Shown: positions 48,258 to 57,839 of the stretch, in pieces
Layout: every line of letters starts with the position of its first letter
Position numbering within the stretch: the first letter of the stretch is position 1
IMG/VR virus record: IMGVR_UViG_3300025161_000004
Span: 124,001-188,000 of that record
Strand: one strand, 5' to 3'
DNA: 64,000 bases
Notes under the pieces: generated by a model
The model's input: only the letters and a program-made list of their open reading frames with translations
The model's database searches: none
Told to the model about the DNA's origin: nothing
Program-made: the position numbers and the translations under genes

Positions 48258-48629
48258 ATGGAGATTATTAGAGATTATAAAACAGAACACTATAACAATA
48301 ATATTGAAATCGCAGATAGCATAATTGGTGAACATAATAACATTCATGAATTAGTTAAGAGTTTAGATGATAAAACTTTATTAATTTGGCTTAGAGCGTG
48401 TAATATAATGATTAAAAATAACAAAAAATATTTCTTAGAAACAACTGCTGTGCTAACTTTAACAATTAGAATGTTTCTAAGAGAACTAGATGTTGATGAA
48501 GGAATCATACTAAATAATAAACAAATCCAAAAGATTTTTAATAGATTTCATTCTATTTTAAAGAAAGAATTTGTCATTAGACATACACAAAAAACATCTA
48601 CTGAGACTTATTCCTTACTTAGAGATTAG
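48258..48629 (+). CDS. Hypothetical protein
   Basis: Late motif at 48246-48253. Confidence 0.65.
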   Translation: MEIIRDYKTEHYNNNIEIADSIIGEHNNIHELVKSLDDKTLLIWLRACNIMIKNNKKYFLETTAVLTLTIRMFLRELDVDEGIILNNKQIQKIFNRFHSILKKEFVIRHTQKTSTETYSLLRD

Positions 48630-48673
48630 GAAGTGAGTATAAGTTATTAAATAATATAATATTTCTTTTATTT

Positions 48674-50773
48674 TTAATTCTCATCATAATCTAATCCAAT
48701 ATCATCTAAATCAAGTTCCTTAATTTCTGAATCACTGATGTCGTTTTTCTTATCTGGATCAGTATATGATGGTATTTTAGGATATTTTTTCGAATTAATT
48801 TTATTGGATTTTTCTAATAATGAATCAATTTCACTAATCATTCTAAAAGCATTATTTCTAAGTTCATTAGATTTTTTAGATATATCTTCTGTAAGAAGTT
48901 CATCTTTTTCCCTATTTTCAACTGATTTATCTTTAGAATTAAACCTACTGTCAATAAATTTGTTAAATTCATTTTCATCTAAAATAGGTGATCCTGTTTT
49001 TCTAAATTTTTTTCTACTATTTTTTTCATTTAGTATTGGTTTATAATTATGTGTTGATTCTGCTGGTATTGCAGCACCTCCTGCGGTAGGCGCAGCAGTG
49101 GGTGCACCTCCAACAGTGCCCGTCATAGGTTCACCTTCTATTGGTGGTAATTCAGTCATATCACCCAATTTAGATGGGTCACTACCAAGTACGTTATCTA
49201 CCATTTGCTGGGTAGTACCAGTAGCAGCACCTTCAGAAGGCACACTTTCACTAGTACCATATCTTTTATCAAGGTCAGTGAATAAACCGCTCTGTTTAAT
49301 AACAACTGCAGAGTCAACTAACTCTTGACCAACAACTCTTTCCATTCTTTGTTTTTTCAAATCATCTGCAATTTCAGCTTCTGACCATTCAAACACAAAT
49401 TGTTTTGCATTAGTATGTGACATTGGCGCAATACCGCCTTCAGGTGCTGTTGTTAATAAATTATATAGATTAGCTTTTTGTGTCCAAAGATCAGTTTTTA
49501 ATAAATCTTGTTGTGTTGATGGGTTACTCAATCTTAACACAAAATCATTAACGTTTTCTTTTTTATATCCTCTTAGATATAAATGTATTATTGCAATTTT
49601 GTTTAATTCTTGAATAAGTGCTTGTTGAATTCTATTAATCTTTTTTGCAAAACGAACATCAGATTGTGCCATGTTTTTTCCTTCACCCGCACTTGCCTGA
49701 TAACCTAAGAATGTTCTTGGTACTCCTAATCCAGTAAATAAATTATCACGTAAATATTCGATATCGGCAATCTGATCTAGGTTCTGAGCACCGGGAAGCG
49801 TATCGATACCTGTCTGTACATTACCATTTCTTACTGGTAAAAAGAAATCTTCGTCATTACCTAAAATATTAAAACGATAATCTATATGACCGCTATCTGG
49901 ATATACTTGAGAAGTTTTTTTAAATTTAGTAGCGACTTTATAGATATATGATTCAATATCATCCTCATCAATATTACCTACATCTATTTTAAATACTCTT
50001 TTTTCGCCTGCACGAACAATACGATAAGTTAACATGGCATCTTCTGCCATAACTAATTGTCTGAATACTCTTCTTATTTTATTTAAAATTGAGGATCCAT
50101 ATGGTAAATATTTATCATCCCCTAATAATCTAAAATGTGCAATTTCGAGTAGGTTGAATTCAGTTGATGTCTCTCTTTGTTTAAACTTAACAATCAATTT
50201 ACCGTTCTCAATTTTTTCAATACGCTCCATTTCATAGTTAACTAATTGTTTTGCATATATTACGCCTGCATTTTTTTCGGCAAAAAGATAGACGAAATTA
50301 TCACCATATTTGCACATATTTCGTGTCCAAAATGGTAGATTGATATTTATGTTCAGTCTGTTGTAAAATAAATCTTCGAGTTCTTCTTTAATTCTTGGTT
50401 TGTCTGAATATATATTCAGCATTTTACCGTTACTACCAACAACAGTGGCTTCTTCCATGAATAAATCCAGTGCGCTAGCAATAAGAGGATAATATTCCAT
50501 ACCTTCATAATCAAGGTATGCAGGAAGTCTATTAGCCTCATACTGCATAGCCTTCTGGAATCCATGATCTGTTGTTTTGTAGAACTTTTTCCAGAGAGCG
50601 TCTCTTTGTTGAATTTCTAGTGCTTTTTTCTTTATATCTTCAGGCGAATCTCCCCTAATAATGATTTTTTTCGGCTCATTTTTAGATGCTTGACTACCTC
50701 TATCTGCAAAACCATCCAGATTTAAAATAGAATTTAAATTCTGATATATAGTTCTTTTCTTATTGTCTGCCAT
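48674..50773 (-). CDS. gp20: Portal protein (T4 gp20-like)
   Basis: DYEGMEYYP, KYGDNF, HFRL, EDAMLTYRIVRAGEKRVFKIDVGN, TLPGAQNL, LGVP. Confidence 0.95.
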   Translation of the reverse strand: MADNKKRTIYQNLNSILNLDGFADRGSQASKNEPKKIIIRGDSPEDIKKKALEIQQRDALWKKFYKTTDHGFQKAMQYEANRLPAYLDYEGMEYYPLIASALDLFMEEATVVGSNGKMLNIYSDKPRIKEELEDLFYNRLNININLPFWTRNMCKYGDNFVYLFAEKNAGVIYAKQLVNYEMERIEKIENGKLIVKFKQRETSTEFNLLEIAHFRLLGDDKYLPYGSSILNKIRRVFRQLVMAEDAMLTYRIVRAGEKRVFKIDVGNIDEDDIESYIYKVATKFKKTSQVYPDSGHIDYRFNILGNDEDFFLPVRNGNVQTGIDTLPGAQNLDQIADIEYLRDNLFTGLGVPRTFLGYQASAGEGKNMAQSDVRFAKKINRIQQALIQELNKIAIIHLYLRGYKKENVNDFVLRLSNPSTQQDLLKTDLWTQKANLYNLLTTAPEGGIAPMSHTNAKQFVFEWSEAEIADDLKKQRMERVVGQELVDSAVVIKQSGLFTDLDKRYGTSESVPSEGAATGTTQQMVDNVLGSDPSKLGDMTELPPIEGEPMTGTVGGAPTAAPTAGGAAIPAESTHNYKPILNEKNSRKKFRKTGSPILDENEFNKFIDSRFNSKDKSVENREKDELLTEDISKKSNELRNNAFRMISEIDSLLEKSNKINSKKYPKIPSYTDPDKKNDISDSEIKELDLDDIGLDYDEN

Positions 50774-50796
50774 TATATAAAATTTTATATTTTTTT

Positions 50797-50804
50797 ATAA
50801 ATAC
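50797..50804 (-). promoter_or_regulatory. Late promoter motif GTATTTAT
   Basis: Between terminase and portal (both minus strand). Confidence 0.7.
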
Positions 50805-50839
50805 TTTCTATGTCTGGAAATTCTTTATTTTTAAATACT

Positions 50840-52891
50840 TTATTTTTTACCTAAACCCTTAAATAGCCACGCATTTGCTACATATGGGTTATTTCTTATA
50901 ATTTTCGCATTAATTTTTTTAGGTTGTATTCTTTCAATCTTATCTTCACCCGTTTCTTTATTTTCAATAATAATTTGGTTTGAGTCTATTTTCATCATTG
51001 CATCAATCATTTTCTTTGTTCTTTCTGGGTTTTGAGAGAATTTCTTAAATTCATAACTACCAACATAAATCGCCATAGCAATCGCCATAATCGCATCATC
51101 GTGAAATGATCTTTTGTGGTCAGCAATTCTGCTACCCTCAACACGAACAAATGTTTTAAATTCAGTTAAAAGTCTATATGATCTTACAATAGTATCATTC
51201 ATACGAATAGAACGTTCCATTTCTTGAAGTATCATTGCTCTGTTTGCGGAAATCATGAATCCCGGTATCATTTCTATCTCCTTAAATTCGTTAGGTGATA
51301 TCTCTTTATTCATTTTCTTAATAAACGAAGACATTCTATCTTTCAATGGTTTTAATGATATCTCGCTATAATGAATATTAGGATATCCGAATTCAAGTAG
51401 CTTCTCCACAGTACCAATTCCATAACCACCAGTAATATCAACAACAGCATAGGCATAATTATATCTCTTACCATAATGGTACATTAATTCTGCAACACCT
51501 TGAGGGGTTAGTTTACCCATGTATTCGGCAACTTGCTCTAATTGTTTTCTTCTTACTTTAAATTTTTTTGGTTTACCATCTTTAATAATAACTTTTTCTT
51601 CGATTATTTCTTTTACTTTTAAAATTGTTACTACTGAAGAATCATCACTGAATCCAGATGAAATATCTGCTGACATAATATAATCCTCACCAAGAACAGA
51701 TTCTTCCCAAATATACATCCCTTTATCAATCCACTCTTGTAATTTAGGTTTTGTTATGTCCTTTTCTTCTATCTTTCTCAATATTTCTTCGGCAATAAAA
51801 TTATCACCTGAACCCAAAAATGAACCTAATAATTCTTGTGCAACTTTTCTCATGTCGCCATTATAATCGGCAACTTGTTTTTCAAACCAAGGACTTGTAG
51901 CCTCCCAGCCATCAGCTACTAATTTTGCTCTATAATCCGCACTAAAATTATTATCCTTTATTCTGACTTCATTTTCTTTATCTTTATTTTTTACCCATTC
52001 CAATTCTTTGTTGTATCTTGGATCATTATACCACCATAATTCAATAGCATTGAAACTATTTTTTTTATGTATTGCACCTTCGAATGTTTTGTAAAACACA
52101 GAATCTAAACCATTTGGTGTGGAAACCATAATACAATTACCGCCAGTTTGAAGAGCAGGTTTTGTACCTGTCCAGAATACGTCACCCTTTTCAGTCCATG
52201 CTGTTTCATCCCAAAATATTAAAGTAGGTGTATAACCACGAAGACCTTTAGATGAAAATGCACCTAATTGACTGCCATTATCATAAATCTTGTGTGCTGC
52301 AGTATCTTTTCCTGTCGGAGTTATTCTTAAATATGGTGGGCAATTATTAATGAATTCAACGACATCACGCATTAATTCATCACGTGCAGTTTGTAATTTG
52401 TTTGCGACAATTGCAACGGTTCTATTTGGGTTAAACATCACATACCAAGCAATATATGCACATGTAGTGGTTGAGACACCAGCTTGACGATATTTATTTG
52501 CTATATTATATTTGTGTTTTTGATAACTAAGTATTAGTTCTTTTTGAAAGTCAAATAATTTAAATGGAACAATCAACCCACCATCACCTTGTGTTTGATC
52601 AAAAATCGTTAAATATGTTTCAATAAAATAAATAGGATTTAATGCACATTTAATAAATTCTTCATCTTTTTCTTGTTGAGTTAATTGGCTTGCTTTTTTT
52701 ATTTCACCTGATTCTGTGACAATGATTGGTTCAATATTTGTTGCTTGCTTTCTTAAAGTATCAGCACGTTCACGAAGTTCTTTCTTTTTTTTCTCAATCT
52801 CTATTAAATATGGATCTTGTATAACCTCCTCAGTTTCGTTATTTTCAATTTCATCATCAATTCTTTTTATGGGTTTATTTTTTTTTGTCAT
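50840..52891 (-). CDS. gp17: Terminase large subunit (T4 gp17-like)
   Basis: FKLFDFQ, KYRQAGVSTT, LIFWDE, VSTPNG, ADISSG, DDAIMA; late motif at 52909-52916. Confidence 0.95.
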   Translation of the reverse strand: MTKKNKPIKRIDDEIENNETEEVIQDPYLIEIEKKKKELRERADTLRKQATNIEPIIVTESGEIKKASQLTQQEKDEEFIKCALNPIYFIETYLTIFDQTQGDGGLIVPFKLFDFQKELILSYQKHKYNIANKYRQAGVSTTTCAYIAWYVMFNPNRTVAIVANKLQTARDELMRDVVEFINNCPPYLRITPTGKDTAAHKIYDNGSQLGAFSSKGLRGYTPTLIFWDETAWTEKGDVFWTGTKPALQTGGNCIMVSTPNGLDSVFYKTFEGAIHKKNSFNAIELWWYNDPRYNKELEWVKNKDKENEVRIKDNNFSADYRAKLVADGWEATSPWFEKQVADYNGDMRKVAQELLGSFLGSGDNFIAEEILRKIEEKDITKPKLQEWIDKGMYIWEESVLGEDYIMSADISSGFSDDSSVVTILKVKEIIEEKVIIKDGKPKKFKVRRKQLEQVAEYMGKLTPQGVAELMYHYGKRYNYAYAVVDITGGYGIGTVEKLLEFGYPNIHYSEISLKPLKDRMSSFIKKMNKEISPNEFKEIEMIPGFMISANRAMILQEMERSIRMNDTIVRSYRLLTEFKTFVRVEGSRIADHKRSFHDDAIMAIAMAIYVGSYEFKKFSQNPERTKKMIDAMMKIDSNQIIIENKETGEDKIERIQPKKINAKIIRNNPYVANAWLFKGLGKK

Positions 52892-52966
52892 ATATTGAAA
52901 TATATATTATAAATACTAAAAAAGACTATGTTTTTATAGTCTTAATTGGTACAATATATATTGGTA

Positions 52967-53533
52967 TCAGAATTTTATTTGAAAAAAGTCTTCGTCTGTT
53001 GATTCTTTAGTATCATCAATTTCGATTTCTTCTTGTTCTTTTTTAAGAACTTTATCTACTTGTTTTTGTGGTTTTGTTTTCGATTTAGATTTTGTTGCGG
53101 TAAAGTTATTTCCTTTTAATATGACATCTCTTTCATATAGTAAATCTTTTACCTGATCAACCGTCATTCCATAATGAAAAACCAAAAGAGGCATATCACC
53201 ATATAATGCATTATATTCTGGGTCACTTTGATAGTCCTCATCTTCGTAAGCCAAAGCCTGTATCGAATGATACCCATGCATGTATGGTCTATCATCAGAC
53301 TCATGTAAACAGATCAATTGAAATAGATTTGTTTTAAGAGTATAAATTTCACTAATGGCATCTTCAGATGGGGGTTCGGCATTAGATGACGCTGGAATTT
53401 TAGTCCAACCCCATGCTTCGGCATCTACTGATTCGGGATCATCACTAAATATGAATTCATATATTCCTTCATCTTTAGAATTATATCCCACTTTATTTAC
53501 ATAGATAAGTTTCAGTTCTTTTTCTTTCTTCAT
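52967..53533 (-). CDS. Hypothetical protein
   Basis: 188-aa ORF coupled to the upstream gene. Confidence 0.7.
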   Translation of the reverse strand: MKKEKELKLIYVNKVGYNSKDEGIYEFIFSDDPESVDAEAWGWTKIPASSNAEPPSEDAISEIYTLKTNLFQLICLHESDDRPYMHGYHSIQALAYEDEDYQSDPEYNALYGDMPLLVFHYGMTVDQVKDLLYERDVILKGNNFTATKSKSKTKPQKQVDKVLKKEQEEIEIDDTKESTDEDFFQIKF

Positions 53534-56013
53534 TATTTAGTTCTAAACCTACTTAAATTTACTTTTGGTTTATCTTGATCTTGTCCAGATTGAGATTTTG
53601 CAGTGGCAATTTGATTTTGAATTGTGGCTAATATTGATTTTGGATTAATAGGCTGTTCACCAGCCTTAACTGCTGAAGCATTTAACTTAGCAATTAGTTG
53701 ACCTAATTCAATAGCCATTTTTTCAATATCATCAATTATATCATTTTTTGCACCAACATGATATGATTTAACAATTTCATCACCAGCAGCTTTAATTACG
53801 TTAGCCGCACTTTGAACCTTTTGTTCAACTTCACTGTATGCTTTTTGTATTGCGCCAGATACCATAGAACCTATATTTTTACCAACACCAGATACCATAG
53901 AACCTATATTTTTACCAGCACCTAACAAACCACTAAGTGAAATTTCATTCAACTCAGCCTCTGTTAATTTACTTAATTCTTCATCTATCATTTTTTCAAT
54001 TAAAATTGCTGTAGCTGTTTTCTTACCTTCCGTTAAAACTGGTTTTCTAATCCCTAATTTTTCCTCAATTTTAATTTTAATGTATTTTTTTAATTTATCT
54101 TTTTTGTCGTCATCTTTTTCATCTTCATCTTTTTTGTCGTCATCTTTTTCATCTTCATCTTTTTTGTCGTCATCGTTTACGTCATCATATTCTTCATCAT
54201 CGAATTCATCATCATTTGTTTCCGATTTAGTCGTTAAAATATGACCTGTAGGTGTAAAATTTATTTCTTTTTTCTCTTTTGACTCCTTTTCGTCATCATC
54301 TTCATTTGTGTCGGATATGTTATCTTTAACATCTGGCATTGGTTCAACAGAACCAAATTTAGCTAATTGGTTTTCACCTATTTCACCCACAACAGCCTTT
54401 AACTTTTTAATGAAGTCACCATGACCAACATCTTCAAGATATTTTTGAATTTCTGGTGTCAAATATATTGCAACAGTTTTATAATCACCATCATTTTCAC
54501 CGTCAGCATGTGCACTAGCCCAATTGCTAACTACACTACCAATTTCATCTTCAGTTGCTTCCTCAAGATTATTTGGGTCATATCCTCTTTTTCTTAAATA
54601 ATTATTAAATCCAGTATCAGCATCAAAAGCAGCTTTTGCTTTTTTCTTATCCTCAGGAGTAATCCCTAACTCATCATCAAGATCACTCATTTCATCGTCC
54701 AAATCGTCATCATCAAAACCATTTTCTTTTAGATTTGCTACATGACTATTAATTGCCTCATTTGCCTCATCATCTAATTCATATGTCTCATCATCAGTCA
54801 TATCCTTATCTTCTTTTTTATTTGTTTTTAGTATTTTATTTGCGATTTCTTTTCTTTTTTCAGGATCAAGTTCAGTTAATTTACTACTGAAAGATGAGAT
54901 AATTTGATTTAATAATGCTGCAGCTTTATCTGATGTTATTTCAGTACTTCTAACAGCATTATCTAATTTACCTGTTAATTTCTCAACTTTCTTTACATCG
55001 CTTTCTTTATCATCTACTTTATCATTCAAATCAACATCAGATTTTTTATCGGTTAAATCAACATCAGATTTTTTATCTGTTAAATCAACATCAGATTTTT
55101 TATCAACATTCAAATTAGGATTTGATTTAGATGTGCTATTAATATCTGATGTTGTTGTTTGTTTTTCAGTTGATGTTGAACTATTAATTACTTCATCGTT
55201 AGATACTTGACTTTCCACAGAAGCATCTGCTACCACTAAATCATCGAGTGCTTTAGCCGCAGCATCCAATTCTGCATCTACACTCTTATTATCTACTTCA
55301 TCATCCTCATTAATTTTAGAATCTGATGTTACAAGATCACTTGGTTGTCCATGACCCAAATTCGCTTTGGTTTTTGCATTTTTATCATTTATTGGTGCTT
55401 CTGGGGTTTCTTTTTCATTACTCTTATTTACTACAATGTCATCGTCTACAATTTGAGAATCAGCAGTAGTTAATATTTGAGATTCCTTCTTAATTGAAGA
55501 ATCTGTTTGTTCATGATCTTTATGATCTTTCTCAAGAGATCTAAGGTTTTTTTTAAATTTCTCTTCTGCTGACTTAGTTATTTTTTTCCTTCCCTCAGAA
55601 ATTCTATTTTTTAAGAACTCTTCAATTGACCCATCTATTTTAAGTTTGGTCGCTTCATTTAGTGAAACTTTTTTTTCTTCTGTTGTTTTTTCATCTCTTA
55701 AAGAGAATGCTTCATTTAAAGAAGCCATATAATATTCTCTTTGCTTTTCAGCTTTAGAGAGACTTTCATATTGATACTTTCTTTTATTTTCTATACCACC
55801 AATATATGCAAAGTCTGCGGCAGTAAGTTTATCACCTTGAACTTTTGAGGTTTTGATATAATAGTTATGATTTTCTTTGATAATACCTAATGCTGTACCA
55901 TCGTTTGCTCTCTTAAAATTAATAAGAGTCACGGAACTGAGAGGAGTAGAATTTGTTCTTGTTTCATCAATGGCAGATAGTTCTTTTAGTCTTTTATAAA
56001 AGTTTTCCTTCAT
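53533..56013 (-). CDS. Large acidic low-complexity protein, putative internal head protein
   Basis: ATG at 56013; late motif at 56056-56063; many LNE/LTE/INE sites and tandem repeats. Confidence 0.65.
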   Translation of the reverse strand: MKENFYKRLKELSAIDETRTNSTPLSSVTLINFKRANDGTALGIIKENHNYYIKTSKVQGDKLTAADFAYIGGIENKRKYQYESLSKAEKQREYYMASLNEAFSLRDEKTTEEKKVSLNEATKLKIDGSIEEFLKNRISEGRKKITKSAEEKFKKNLRSLEKDHKDHEQTDSSIKKESQILTTADSQIVDDDIVVNKSNEKETPEAPINDKNAKTKANLGHGQPSDLVTSDSKINEDDEVDNKSVDAELDAAAKALDDLVVADASVESQVSNDEVINSSTSTEKQTTTSDINSTSKSNPNLNVDKKSDVDLTDKKSDVDLTDKKSDVDLNDKVDDKESDVKKVEKLTGKLDNAVRSTEITSDKAAALLNQIISSFSSKLTELDPEKRKEIANKILKTNKKEDKDMTDDETYELDDEANEAINSHVANLKENGFDDDDLDDEMSDLDDELGITPEDKKKAKAAFDADTGFNNYLRKRGYDPNNLEEATEDEIGSVVSNWASAHADGENDGDYKTVAIYLTPEIQKYLEDVGHGDFIKKLKAVVGEIGENQLAKFGSVEPMPDVKDNISDTNEDDDEKESKEKKEINFTPTGHILTTKSETNDDEFDDEEYDDVNDDDKKDEDEKDDDKKDEDEKDDDKKDKLKKYIKIKIEEKLGIRKPVLTEGKKTATAILIEKMIDEELSKLTEAELNEISLSGLLGAGKNIGSMVSGVGKNIGSMVSGAIQKAYSEVEQKVQSAANVIKAAGDEIVKSYHVGAKNDIIDDIEKMAIELGQLIAKLNASAVKAGEQPINPKSILATIQNQIATAKSQSGQDQDKPKVNLSRFRTK
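53855..53917. repeat. Tandem repeat, 33-bp unit x ~2 (GKNIGSMVSG)
   Basis: Read directly. Confidence 0.9.
54097..54174. repeat. Tandem repeat, 30-bp unit x ~2.6 (DDKKDEDEKD)
   Basis: Read directly. Confidence 0.9.
55028..55104. repeat. Tandem repeat, 27-bp unit x ~3 (DKKSDVDLT)
   Basis: Read directly. Confidence 0.9.
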
Positions 56014-56112
56014 TTTAATCAATATTTAAAGAAATTATTCTTATTACATTTTTTTATAAATACTATTTTTTTTCTCAAAAAAACATAAATCATGAGTTAA
56101 ATTAATACTTAT

Positions 56113-56144
56113 ATAACCATAAATACCACTTTTTCGTATAATAT
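56113..56144 (+). promoter_or_regulatory. Promoter ATAACCA-N14-TCGTATAATAT (copy 2)
   Basis: Same boxes and spacing as 23582-23613. Confidence 0.6.
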
Positions 56145-56157
56145 ATAAAAAACAACC

Positions 56158-56616
56158 ATGAAACACTTGTTCATTCTATTTTTAATGATGATACCGACTC
56201 TGGTATTCCCACAAAAAGAGGATAAGTCTAGAAGTAATTTAGTTGATGTTTATAATTATTATAAAGATAAACGCTATGTAGAAATAGAATATAATAACTC
56301 TATTTCGATAGGTGAAATTGTAGAGTTGAGATCAAATCCTAATTGCCCAGATCATTTTTATGACATGAAAATCAGGGTGAAAAATCCCAATTACAATAAA
56401 ACGAATGGCGCAGATAAATATCTATATTACAGTATTGGATACATTCACTTTGAAAATATTGATGGAGATATAGGCGAAAAACTAAAAAATGGCGAAAAAT
56501 ACATTATTAAAAAAAGACGAAATAAACTTATGTTATATGAAAAAGAAAGTAATTATGGCTTACACTTAAAACTTGATAAGGAATTAATATTGGTTGAAAT
56601 TATAAAGGGGGCTTAA
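56158..56616 (+). CDS. Secreted hypothetical protein
   Basis: Signal peptide MKHLFILFLMMIPTLVFP-Q. Confidence 0.75.
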   Translation: MKHLFILFLMMIPTLVFPQKEDKSRSNLVDVYNYYKDKRYVEIEYNNSISIGEIVELRSNPNCPDHFYDMKIRVKNPNYNKTNGADKYLYYSIGYIHFENIDGDIGEKLKNGEKYIIKKRRNKLMLYEKESNYGLHLKLDKELILVEIIKGA

Positions 56617-56630
56617 AACCCCCTTTTTTT
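56604..56630. terminator. Bidirectional terminator overlapping both stop codons
   Basis: AAAGGGGG-cttaaaa-CCCCCTTTTTTT. Confidence 0.8.
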
Positions 56631-57839
56631 AAAGTCAATTTTTTGCATTTTAACTTTTGGTACTTGTATTTTACAAACTGAAATGTCTTGTTTACCTGCC
56701 CTTTTTTGTGGTTTAATCTTACCACCCTCTTGTCTAATTCTCATACTCAAATAATCATAATTTGGCATTTCCTCAATTTTATCAATCATAACAGTACCTG
56801 TTATAACAACATTTACGTATTGAAATTGTTTGTAGTCTTCGATATTTTCAAGTGGTGGATCTTGAGCTTTTGATTTCCAAAATTTTGAATCGATATTATT
56901 GTTTTTATATGCTTGAATGTATTTAGGGTTCACCTCATAAGGACTTTTAGGTCCGCTTGTTCCATCACCATTTGTTCCATATGGATCTATTGACACCATA
57001 TCATCAGTAATTTCGGTAACATTATCACCACACCCTCCGAAACTAGTTTTCATACCAACCATTATATTTTTCAGAGCATTAGCTCTTTCAGTTGAAAGCT
57101 CCAACCAAGTTTTTCCTTCAGATTCTCTAGTATTTCTTAAGGTGCTTGAGGATGATACAATTTCTATTTTATCTATCTTGGTGTAACTATCCATTATTTC
57201 TTGTAGTTTATTTTTTAATTCTTCTATATTTTTTAATTCAGAACTATTAAACGCAAAATAACTACCAACAGGTGTTGAAGAGGTGGTATATACTGTATCA
57301 ACACTAACCTCCCTAACAATTTTTTTTCCGATATTCACCATTTTACCACCAATTTGATCTGGTGATAATTTACTATTAATTATCAGTCCAAAATCAATTT
57401 TTGAAATATCTGAAAGTTTATTTATTCTATCTCTAATTGCTTTTAATACTTCGATTTTTTTTTCTTGTGGTAATTGATTATATCTACTGAGAACTACTCT
57501 ATCGAATTTCTCGGCATGTTTTATAAATGCTTTTTCAATTTGATTTAGGTCAATTTTTTTTCCGGAAACAATTTGTTCTGCTTTTGTTATATTTTCTTGC
57601 GGAACACCAGCTGCTCGCAATTCTTGTGCGCTAACATTATTAGCCATTAATCCTGCAATAACACCAACAGTTAATAGCCCTCTCCTTAAATAATCTTTAA
57701 GGGTGTCAGATATTGCTTCATCGATTTGTTCAGACTCATTTAATGTATTTTTCAAATATTCTATCTTTTCTAAAATAGAATTCACTACTTTTCTTTCAAG
57801 TAGTGCATTGTATTGCGATTCTTTAATTATTATTTTCAT
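56613..57839 (-). CDS. OmpA-like domain protein with N-terminal propeptide-like region and internal hydrophobic segment
   Basis: YFAFNSSEL...IEIVSSSSTLRN...ELSTERANA...QYVNVVI. Confidence 0.6.
   Translation of the reverse strand: MKIIIKESQYNALLERKVVNSILEKIEYLKNTLNESEQIDEAISDTLKDYLRRGLLTVGVIAGLMANNVSAQELRAAGVPQENITKAEQIVSGKKIDLNQIEKAFIKHAEKFDRVVLSRYNQLPQEKKIEVLKAIRDRINKLSDISKIDFGLIINSKLSPDQIGGKMVNIGKKIVREVSVDTVYTTSSTPVGSYFAFNSSELKNIEELKNKLQEIMDSYTKIDKIEIVSSSSTLRNTRESEGKTWLELSTERANALKNIMVGMKTSFGGCGDNVTEITDDMVSIDPYGTNGDGTSGPKSPYEVNPKYIQAYKNNNIDSKFWKSKAQDPPLENIEDYKQFQYVNVVITGTVMIDKIEEMPNYDYLSMRIRQEGGKIKPQKRAGKQDISVCKIQVPKVKMQKIDFKKRGF

Noticed and set aside
37121-52891. Introns or inteins in capsid, portal or terminase genes
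   Set aside because: The ORFs are uninterrupted and of ordinary length, with no intein or homing-endonuclease motifs seen.
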